This document shows positions 7,536-13,672 of a stretch of 35,452 bases of DNA, piece after piece. Within the stretch, counting starts at the first letter, position 1. Every line of letters begins with the position of its first letter. Made by a program: the position numbers and the translations under genes. Source of the stretch: a virus (Duplodnaviria; Caudoviricetes); IMG/VR virus record IMGVR_UViG_3300016675_000057, positions 1 through 35,452 of that record; one strand, written 5' to 3'. The notes below the pieces were generated by a model. That model saw only the letters and a program-made list of their open reading frames with translations, made no database searches and was not told the DNA's origin.

Positions 7536-8432
7536 TCACTTGATTAAAAAACGGCGTGAGCCGGGAACTTCTCGCATAAACTGCTTGTAGATGTCTGGCA
7601 TAGCCTTCTCAAACAGTTTGGCATCGAACTTGATGGATGGTTTGGCTGATTTCCAAGTCGCTAGGACATTGCCCTCAATGGTGGCTAACGTATCTCTGTC
7701 ACCCATATAGCCTTCAATAAGGGTCTGTAGCTGGTCTTGGCGAGTCTCTAGAGCCTTTAATTCTTGCTTGATGAGGTATAGGGTGCGACAAGCCTCTTCA
7801 ACGCTCTGTGAGGCTGTTTTAACGCCTTCTGTGGATACTGGATATATGAGCTTGGCTTGCTCAACATCTTCCGGTGGAAACGGGTTTTTAGTCATAACCC
7901 GTGCCCAGACTTCAGCCATTTGCTTGATTAGCTCAAGTTTCTGTTCTTCGGAGATGTTGAAAGACGCAAGGAAAAACTCCTGACCACCGAATAGAACCGC
8001 CAGATAAACCTTGTCCACTCCGAATACTGTGGCTTCGTGTATGAGTTGAGCCATATCCGCAGCAGGGATGATTCCAGTTTCCGCATCAAACTTAGAACGC
8101 ACAGCAGCGTTGTAGTTCTTACATTCAACCAGAACAGTCTTACCATTTTCTTTTCCTGCAAAGTCAAAGTGTGAGCGTAGCCATGCTTCTTTGGGGTGGG
8201 TGAGGGCTTCTTCAATCTTGGTTAACTCAATGCCAAGTTTGGATTGAGCAAGTCTGCCGATGACGGGTTCCATAACGTGACCCATTTGGACAGCTTCAAC
8301 GTCTGACAGGTCGGGTATCTCCATCATGCCTAGCTTGGTCAAGATGACTTCATTAGCACGGCCTTGGGCTACCTTGCGGCTGTCGCCAGACCAGATAGCA
8401 GAGTTACGGGTTTCGGGTGAGAAGTCAGACAT
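7536..8432 (-). CDS. YqaJ-like (lambda-exo fold) recombination exonuclease
   Basis: Start reassigned to the ATG at 8432 (GGAGG SD); GHVMEPVI, HP...WLRSHFDF, LVECKN, AQLIH, C-terminal SRRFLIK. Confidence 0.85.
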   Translation of the reverse strand: MSDFSPETRNSAIWSGDSRKVAQGRANEVILTKLGMMEIPDLSDVEAVQMGHVMEPVIGRLAQSKLGIELTKIEEALTHPKEAWLRSHFDFAGKENGKTVLVECKNYNAAVRSKFDAETGIIPAADMAQLIHEATVFGVDKVYLAVLFGGQEFFLASFNISEEQKLELIKQMAEVWARVMTKNPFPPEDVEQAKLIYPVSTEGVKTASQSVEEACRTLYLIKQELKALETRQDQLQTLIEGYMGDRDTLATIEGNVLATWKSAKPSIKFDAKLFEKAMPDIYKQFMREVPGSRRFLIK

Positions 8433-8661
8433 TTGGAACCTCCGTTGTATAGGCTGACAGGGTTGGGTCGGTGTGGAGTTTGCCAGCAACCCCACAGGGG
8501 TTGTGGGGCAGACGTTCTACCGATGCGAAGTTGGATAGGGGTTTCTTGGGCTTGCCAGTTATGAGACTTAACTGGGGTGGTATGCGGTTGCATAGCCCGA
8601 ACTCTGGGTCGGGATGTTCAGAGTTCAGCTCAAAGTGTGAGCAGGTGATACACAGATTCAT
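8425..8661 (-). CDS. Cys-rich (Zn-binding) hypothetical protein
   Basis: CITCSHF...C...ER...CG..GK; AAGGA SD. Confidence 0.6.
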   Translation of the reverse strand: MNLCITCSHFELNSEHPDPEFGLCNRIPPQLSLITGKPKKPLSNFASVERLPHNPCGVAGKLHTDPTLSAYTTEVPNV

Positions 8662-8694
8662 AGGATACTTCCTTGTCTAGTTAGGGGAGATTGG

Positions 8695-8700
8695 ATTATA
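8695..8700 (-). promoter_or_regulatory. -10 box (TATAAT) for the recombination operon
   Basis: Perfect TATAAT in the intergenic gap ~35 nt upstream of 8661; no -35 consensus, so possibly activator-dependent. Confidence 0.45.
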
Positions 8701-8711
8701 CAGTTAGATGT

Positions 8712-8936
8712 TTAGTCTTCTTGTTGGTTAGTCTCCTTTTCTTTTAGGATTTGTCGGATTGTTACAACAGCCTCTAGGCGTTTGTGTTTGGCTATGTGTT
8801 CCTTGGGTTCTTCCAATGCGTCTAGGGCTAGTTTAAAGGCCTCTATTTGACGTTTTCTCCAGCCTTGTGAGGGTTGGGTTGTCTTAGCCTTTAAACGCCT
8901 TTCTAGGGCTTCAAACTCTTCATCTTCTGGTGTCAT
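8712..8936 (-). CDS. hypothetical protein
   Basis: MTPEDEEFEALERR...; GAGGA SD. Confidence 0.6.
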   Translation of the reverse strand: MTPEDEEFEALERRLKAKTTQPSQGWRKRQIEAFKLALDALEEPKEHIAKHKRLEAVVTIRQILKEKETNQQED

Positions 8937-8937
8937 G

Positions 8938-9051
8938 TTAGTCCTCTAGCAAGAATAGGTAAAAGCCTAAGACACCAAAGAAACCTAGAGCGCCTATGCC
9001 TAAGACCATACTGATTAGGACTATGTTTAACAGGTCATCAAAGATATCCAT
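8938..9051 (-). CDS. 37-aa single-TM peptide (not in the ORF track)
   Basis: MDIFDDLLNIVLISMVLGIGALGFFGVLGFYLFLLED*; fills the gap between flanking genes. Confidence 0.55.
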   Translation of the reverse strand: MDIFDDLLNIVLISMVLGIGALGFFGVLGFYLFLLED

Positions 9052-9366
9052 TTACTTTGCCCTTTCAATCTCTGCTACTGTTTCAACGATAGCCCGTCTT
9101 GTAGCTGCGTAAGGATTTTCTTTATGCTTAACTGGCCTTACATCTCTAAATGGAACTATTGTTTCGATTCCACGAATGTGAACATCTAGTCTTAACTTAA
9201 CAGCTAGGTTAAATGCTTGAGTGCTGTTATCAAGTGGGTTCCACCTAACAACGGAAAACCACCCATCCTCATCGTTTGGCATAACCCAACAATCTAAAGA
9301 TTCATCCCATTCAATTTCAATTCCAGCCGCTTTAGCAGCCAGTTCAAGTAGTTTTTTGTCTGTCAT
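9052..9366 (-). CDS. conserved hypothetical phage protein
   Basis: LLELAAKAAG...WNPLD....AFNLAVKL...YAATRRAIV. Confidence 0.7.
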   Translation of the reverse strand: MTDKKLLELAAKAAGIEIEWDESLDCWVMPNDEDGWFSVVRWNPLDNSTQAFNLAVKLRLDVHIRGIETIVPFRDVRPVKHKENPYAATRRAIVETVAEIERAK

Positions 9367-9596
9367 GCTACAAGTCTCCCGTTACTATCAAGGCGTGGGT
9401 TACGGCTATGGGGTTTTGTCTGACACCTTGCTTCTGTAGGTTGAGAATCTGGTGTGCAGCTTGTTTGGTCATAGATGCGTTTGAGTAGGTAGTCCAGTTC
9501 AGACTTCCTGATGTAGGTATGTATGGTTGGGGTTCTTTTGTATTGGGCATCTAGGTTCTTCTTTCGTTGTATGAGTAGGGCTAAGACTTCATTCAT
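9363..9596 (-). CDS. hypothetical protein
   Basis: ATG at 9596 with AAGGA SD (MNEVLALLIQRKK...). Confidence 0.5.
   Translation of the reverse strand: MNEVLALLIQRKKNLDAQYKRTPTIHTYIRKSELDYLLKRIYDQTSCTPDSQPTEARCQTKPHSRNPRLDSNGRLVA
9368..9472 (-). CDS. 34-aa peptide nested in an alternative frame of 9363..9596
   Basis: MTKQAAHQILNLQKQGVRQNPIAVTHALIVTGDL*; protein-like composition; stop abuts the next start. Confidence 0.4.
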   Translation of the reverse strand: MTKQAAHQILNLQKQGVRQNPIAVTHALIVTGDL

Positions 9597-9840
9597 GTTT
9601 TGTCCTTGCTCTGATATTGTGTGCAATGAGTGCAGAAAAGTTATGCTCTAAATCTTGGTCAGCAAGTCTGTCGGCAATCTGAGCACACGCCTCACGCTCG
9701 GCCTCTACTGCTTTGCGTATCTCGGCCTCTAAGCCACTTTTAGACCATAGGGACAATGGGCCTAGAACGTCAGAGACTTTACTGATGTAGTGTGGCTTTG
9801 CGGCTAACTCACGCAAGGCCATCTCTTCTTCTTTTGTCAT
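9589..9840 (-). CDS. conserved hypothetical phage protein
   Basis: AVEAEREACAQIAD...IRAR motif; GAAAGG SD. Confidence 0.7.
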   Translation of the reverse strand: MTKEEEMALRELAAKPHYISKVSDVLGPLSLWSKSGLEAEIRKAVEAEREACAQIADRLADQDLEHNFSALIAHNIRARTKHE

Positions 9841-9940
9841 GGGTAACTACCTTTCATCTGTAGGTTAGGAATGCTATCTCTGCATTCCCATTAACCTTTT
9901 TTTTAATTAAGACGTAGACGAAGCACCCACGTACAGGGAC

Positions 9941-9959
9941 TGTGGGTAACTTATCCACA
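9941..9959. promoter_or_regulatory. inverted pair of DnaA boxes
   Basis: TGTGGGTAA-C-TTATCCACA: one perfect TTATCCACA (9951-9959) and a 1-mismatch inverted box (9941-9949); AT-rich tract at 9891-9910. Confidence 0.6.
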
Positions 9960-10150
9960 AGGGATAACTGACTCTCGTTTATCTAGGCTAGGTTCATCGG
10001 GGTTTCAATCCCTTGTTGACCTCCCACTTGGTACTCACCCGAAAGATGCTCACTTAGGGATGACAAGGCAGGTTCGCCACGTTTATCTGTATTGGTCGTC
10101 AGAACCGTTACAAGGGGTGGGTGATGCCCCCGTGTATTGTGATGACCAAC

Positions 10151-10247
10151 AAAAAAAGCCACTTACTACTGCCCCGTAGTGGTTCCCCTAAAACGGGGCG
10201 AGGCATGAGTAAATGGCTTTCACTTGTTGACCACTACGACAACGGTG
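10151..10247 (-). ncRNA. c4/CI-like structured antisense RNA with terminator-like U tail
   Basis: 5' hairpin with loop GTAGTGGT, then a 13-bp stem AAAGCCATTTACT/AGTAAGTGGCTTT, a 7-bp stem TGCCTCG/CGGGGCA, an inner CCCC/GGGG hairpin and a bulge ACCACTA complementary to the 5' loop; ends in T7; G-U pairs work only on the minus strand. Confidence 0.65.
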
Positions 10248-10250
10248 CGA

Positions 10251-10281
10251 ATGATAACCTAAGTCATTGGGGCTTTGTCAA
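10251..10281 (-). promoter_or_regulatory. sigma70-like promoter for the ncRNA locus
   Basis: TTGACA (10281-10276), 19-nt spacer, TATCAT (10256-10251); spacer is longer than optimal. Confidence 0.45.
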
Positions 10282-10414
10282 CTGGTTTCTTCATTGTCTT
10301 AACCTTTCGGGGTTTATTGGGGCATTTGGGGCATTGTCTAGACTGACAGACCCCCAACGCATCACAGGTGCGTGTGGGGGCGTGTAGGGGTTGCCAATGG
10401 GTTTTTACAGCCAT
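10259..10414 (-). CDS. 51-aa Cys-containing peptide
   Basis: Start reassigned to MAVKTHW...RTCDALGVCQSRQCPKC; overlaps the upstream stop. Confidence 0.5.
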   Translation of the reverse strand: MAVKTHWQPLHAPTRTCDALGVCQSRQCPKCPNKPRKVKTMKKPVDKAPMT

Positions 10415-10545
10415 AGCAGGGCTATCACTAGACCCCAACCCACGCCTGAGAGCCACAAAACCACTAGGTCGGGGGTTGTCCATTCTGTAACCTCTTGGGG
10501 TTCAGCAGGGGCGGGGTTGTAGTTTTCTCTGAACTGGTGGTTCAT
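10405..10545 (-). CDS. 46-aa C-terminal-TM peptide (not in the ORF track)
   Basis: MNHQFRENYNPAPAEPQEVTEWTTPDLVVLWLSGVGWGLVIALLWL*; ATGA-coupled; GGAG SD. Confidence 0.55.
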   Translation of the reverse strand: MNHQFRENYNPAPAEPQEVTEWTTPDLVVLWLSGVGWGLVIALLWL

Positions 10546-10862
10546 TTGTAATCTTCTCCGGTGATGGTTTTGTATACGTCCATAGCCCTTTGGATTTCTG
10601 GGGGTTGGTTGTCATAGGGGCTTATGTTGTGCCCGTCAAGCCGATTTGAGTACCATTTCAACATGGACAACAGACACCCGAAAAGCTCCGGGGATGCGGC
10701 TATCAATCTGGCATTGGATTCTTTCTGGTCATCGGGTATCGAGCGCCTATTTGGGATGTTGGCTATTGTGGATTTGTTGCTTGTAACGCTCAAGGGATTG
10801 GTTTTCCAATTAAAGGCTCGATTGTCTCGAAACCTCCAAGGGGCAGGGGTAGGGTTAAACAT
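10542..10862 (-). CDS. conserved hypothetical early phage protein
   Basis: TPAPW...NARLIAASPEL motif. Confidence 0.75.
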   Translation of the reverse strand: MFNPTPAPWRFRDNRAFNWKTNPLSVTSNKSTIANIPNRRSIPDDQKESNARLIAASPELFGCLLSMLKWYSNRLDGHNISPYDNQPPEIQRAMDVYKTITGEDYK

Positions 10863-10900
10863 GGTTAGCCTTTCATGCCCCCGTGGGGGCGTATGGGGGT

Positions 10901-11077
10901 TTACAAGGTCATAAGGTCAACGGGTGAACCGTCAACATGGTGCGTATGGTGAACCTTGCAAAAATACTCATTGTCGAACTGGTCAACGAAATAGGCATTT
11001 TCTGAACCTCGCTCGGTTTCGGTAATAGCCCCAGTTCTGAGCCATGTTTGCATTGTCTTGACTTCGATTTCTCTCAT
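10901..11077 (-). CDS. hypothetical protein
   Basis: ATG at 11077 with TAAGGG SD (MREIEVK...). Confidence 0.5.
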   Translation of the reverse strand: MREIEVKTMQTWLRTGAITETERGSENAYFVDQFDNEYFCKVHHTHHVDGSPVDLMTL

Positions 11078-11087
11078 GTCTAACCCC

Positions 11088-11273
11088 TTATGCGTGGGCG
11101 AAAAGAGAACGGTAAACGTCACAGCCCGTATTGTTGCCATATACGTGGTTATTTGCGTTGAAATAGGCCTCGATGTACTCTCTCACGCTCATATTGTCAT
11201 TCCACTTGGGAAAGTTACGTTTCCCGCTGGTCAAGCGTGGTTTTGCTGGTTTGCGTGGTTTCGTGGTTTTCAT
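11088..11273 (-). CDS. hypothetical protein with basic N-terminus
   Basis: ATG at 11273 with GGAG SD (MKTTKPRKPAKPR...). Confidence 0.55.
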   Translation of the reverse strand: MKTTKPRKPAKPRLTSGKRNFPKWNDNMSVREYIEAYFNANNHVYGNNTGCDVYRSLFAHA

Positions 11274-11349
11274 GGTCACAGACTCCAATGGTTAACAGTA
11301 GCAAGGCGCTACCGCAAAAGGCTAGCCCGTAGCCTTTCACGTTATGCCC

Positions 11350-12204
11350 TTATGCGGCGAGCGGGAGGGCTGTAGCGTCAAGCCCGTTGATGTAATCGGC
11401 GGCCTTTTGAGCCAATGCTGATGCCTTAAAGATAGCCTTTGAATCGTCTTTAAGGGCTTTAAGCCACGATTGGATATATCCAGCGTGTCTTAGTTCGCCT
11501 TGAATGCCATAGTCTTGACAGAGGAATGCCGCTCCCATTTCAGCCACTAATTCCTCAAAAGCATAGGCGGGATTCCCGTATTTGCCTTTTAAGTCACGTT
11601 TACAGCGTGTTTCATGCCCTGTCCAATGCACTAATTCATGGAATGCTGTCGCATAGTAATGACATTCAGCATCAAAGGCGGTCTTATGCGGTAATTGGAT
11701 GCGGTCTTGAGAGGGCATATAAAAGGCGGCATCACTACCATGCGAGATTAAAGCCCCAGTTTTAACGATTCTTTCCTCTGCTAACTGGTTAGCTGTGAAT
11801 GGCTTTTCTTCTGGTTCAACTGTCGTTATTGTTAAGCCCTCTACTTGGCTAGCGTTGAACACTACATAAGACTTTAATACGCTGTAGCTTTCGGTTTCGC
11901 CCGTTTGTTTGTTTTCTTTGCTGACAGGGCTGTAAAACACGATTCGAGTGCCCTTTTCGCCTTTTTTGACGTAAGCCCCCAAGGACTCCCATTGTTTGAA
12001 GCTAGCCCATGCGGGAACCGTGTAGCCCTTGACCATGGCTGTCATGCCTAAGATAAGGCGGTTTATCCCTTGATAGGGCTTTTGAGAGATGACGTTTTTG
12101 TCAGCGCTACTGTCAGCTTTCCAAGGCTTAACCCATGGAATTGCACCCTTTTCGAGTTGCTCGATGATGCTGTTTGTCACTTCTTCATAGATTGATTGAG
12201 ACAT
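11350..12204 (-). CDS. ardC: ArdC-family antirestriction ssDNA-binding protein (DUF1738 + zincin-like MPTase)
   Basis: IYEEVT..II..LE.G..PW.KPW, YQGIN, W.SFKQW, VKKGEKG, VFNASQ, HELVHWTGH, YAFEELVAE.GAAFL, HAGYIQSWL. Confidence 0.92.
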   Translation of the reverse strand: MSQSIYEEVTNSIIEQLEKGAIPWVKPWKADSSADKNVISQKPYQGINRLILGMTAMVKGYTVPAWASFKQWESLGAYVKKGEKGTRIVFYSPVSKENKQTGETESYSVLKSYVVFNASQVEGLTITTVEPEEKPFTANQLAEERIVKTGALISHGSDAAFYMPSQDRIQLPHKTAFDAECHYYATAFHELVHWTGHETRCKRDLKGKYGNPAYAFEELVAEMGAAFLCQDYGIQGELRHAGYIQSWLKALKDDSKAIFKASALAQKAADYINGLDATALPLAA

Positions 12205-12238
12205 AGTGGAACTTCCTTTTGATTAGTTGACGATTAGA

Positions 12239-12436
12239 TTATAGCAAATCAATGACTAGCCCATAATCATTGCTAGACACTTCTATTTCACCAAGGGTTA
12301 CCAAGGCATCAATGACGCTTAGAAAACCTACTGTAGAGAGTTCTAGCTGGTCTTGAACCCATAAGGCAACGCTGAACATAGAGCAAGGCGCTGACGCTTC
12401 TATGTGTGTTCTGATGTCGTGAATGTATGTTTGCAT
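12239..12436 (-). CDS. hypothetical protein, first gene of the leftward arm
   Basis: 65 aa; AAAGGAAG SD. Confidence 0.55.
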   Translation of the reverse strand: MQTYIHDIRTHIEASAPCSMFSVALWVQDQLELSTVGFLSVIDALVTLGEIEVSSNDYGLVIDLL

Positions 12437-12489
12437 GGAAACTTCCTTTCAAAGTAGAGGGCTAAAAATCTAGCCCTTTCATATATATA

Positions 12490-12541
12490 GCATAATAGAA
12501 TCGTGCCAGCTTTTGAAATAGTCTTATAAATCAACAACTTA
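12490..12541 (-). promoter_or_regulatory. sigma54-like -24 element with upstream IHF site
   Basis: Minus strand reads TGGCACGATTCTATTATGC (12508-12490); AATCAACAACTTA at 12529-12541 matches the IHF consensus WATCAANNNNTTR; GC lies 14 rather than 10 nt from GG. Confidence 0.45.
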
Positions 12542-12589
12542 AATGTTGTAAGCAAAACCCTAATGTCTTTTTATCCAGTAGTTTATATT

Positions 12590-12670
12590 CCTAGACTGTT
12601 AAGTTTATAGATGTTAGATATACTATGTATCTATATAGACTTAAACCTATACAGTAATACATAGTCTAGG
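12590..12670. repeat. nested AT-rich imperfect inverted repeats
   Basis: CCTAGACT/AGTCTAGG enclosing TTAAGTTTATA/TATAGACTTAA and TAGATATA/TGTATCTA. Confidence 0.6.
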
Positions 12671-12911
12671 TGTGTGTATCTATCTAAGTCTATGCCTGTC
12701 TGTCAGACAACGGGAAACGAATGGGGGTTCTCACGCTTTTCTCACTACAGAAAAACGTAAGACGCTACCCGCTACCCGCCTAGTCTTGGGGCATGGGAAT
12801 TCCCTTGCATAGTCATTACACGCAACGACATCACGCCCACTCGATTTGGGTTTGGGATTAGAAAAGGGTGTGCCCCCAACCTATCCCCCCCCAAAAAAAA
12901 TTTATGTTTTC

Positions 12912-12920
12912 TGATACAGT
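12912..12920 (+). promoter_or_regulatory. extended -10 promoter for the tRNA
   Basis: TG-A-TACAGT 5 nt upstream of the tRNA 5' end, preceded by an A/T tract. Confidence 0.5.
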
Positions 12921-12925
12921 CTAAG

Positions 12926-13000
12926 TGCGGTGTGGAGAAGAAGTATCTCGTCAGCCTCATAAGCTGAAGAACGCTAGTGCGAGTCTAGCCACCGCAACCA
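12926..13000 (+). tRNA. tRNA-Met (CAT), initiator-like but atypical
   Basis: Acceptor TGCGGTG/CACCGCA + A + CCA; D stem GAGA/TCTC; anticodon arm TCAGC-CTCATAA-GCTGA; T arm GCTAG-TGCGAGT-CTAGC. Confidence 0.85.
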
Positions 13001-13023
13001 ATGCAGTTGACCTAAGAGAGTTA

Positions 13024-13059
13024 GGCTACGTGAGTACCCACTTGCGTAGCCCTTTTTTT
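13024..13059 (+). terminator. intrinsic terminator after the tRNA
   Basis: GGCTACGTGAGT-ACCC-ACTTGCGTAGCC followed by C and T7. Confidence 0.8.
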
Positions 13060-13099
13060 GCCTGTAATATATGGTTATAGATAGAGGGGTAGAGATGCT

Positions 13100-13318
13100 A
13101 TGCAAGTTATTGAAGTAGAACGTGGAGTAGTAGTTCCGATGCCGAGGGTGGTTTATTCGTACCCGTATCAGGAGATGGATGTGGGTGACAGTTTTACTGT
13201 GCCTGTGGCTGCTCGTCAGAAGGTTTTGAATGCCAATTACCGGGCTTCTAAGAGGCTTGGATTGAAGTTTATGGCTAAGACTGAGGGTGATGTAGTCCGG
13301 GTGTGGAGGGTGGCTTAA
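13100..13318 (+). CDS. small putative DNA-binding protein
   Basis: YPYQEMDVGDSF...VRVWRV motif seen in small phage proteins; GAGG upstream. Confidence 0.65.
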   Translation: MQVIEVERGVVVPMPRVVYSYPYQEMDVGDSFTVPVAARQKVLNANYRASKRLGLKFMAKTEGDVVRVWRVA

Positions 13319-13320
13319 AG

Positions 13321-13533
13321 ATGGCTCAAGTGGACTGGTTATGGATGGAGGAGGATGAGCTAAGAGCGGTGTGCTGTCTCTTGGCTGACCTTTTGCGCCA
13401 GTCTGAGATAAGAAGGGTGGTTTGCATAAATGAAGCACTACAACACGGATACAGAGAAGGATATGCAGATGGAGCTTTACAACTCCCGTCTGCGCTTGAA
13501 GAGAGAGATGCAAAGAGCCTTGTCCTGCATTAG
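13321..13533 (+). CDS. hypothetical protein
   Basis: ATG at 13321 just after the previous stop; EALQHGYREGYADG motif; overlaps the next ORF. Confidence 0.5.
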   Translation: MAQVDWLWMEEDELRAVCCLLADLLRQSEIRRVVCINEALQHGYREGYADGALQLPSALEERDAKSLVLH

Positions 13534-13672
13534 CCCTGCGGCTAAGAGGAAGCTGGCACGGGAGTGGGAGGAAACCTACTCAGCCTTGTTTTACAAAGAA
13601 CTGCTCTCATGTGCAAAGAACAAGTTGGTGGCTATGGAGATAGCTGACTGGACAGATGAAAGAATGAAATGA
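13430..13672 (+). CDS. hypothetical protein (start uncertain)
   Basis: Helical ORF ATGA-coupled to the glycosyltransferase. Confidence 0.55.
   Translation: MKHYNTDTEKDMQMELYNSRLRLKREMQRALSCISPAAKRKLAREWEETYSALFYKELLSCAKNKLVAMEIADWTDERMK

Noticed and set aside
10121-10387. 88-aa plus-strand ORF
   Set aside because: Antisense to the early arm, overlaps the structured RNA and its promoter, and has no SD.
12571-12579. TTATCCAGT as a DnaA box
   Set aside because: Two mismatches, isolated, and in AT-rich sequence where chance matches are expected.
12926-13000. tRNA as an attP/integration site
   Set aside because: No integrase is recognisable, and the tRNA is full length with its own promoter and terminator.
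12772-13513. Minus-strand ORFs 12772..12960 and 12974..13513
   Set aside because: They overlap the tRNA, its terminator and better-supported plus-strand genes; shadow-frame composition.
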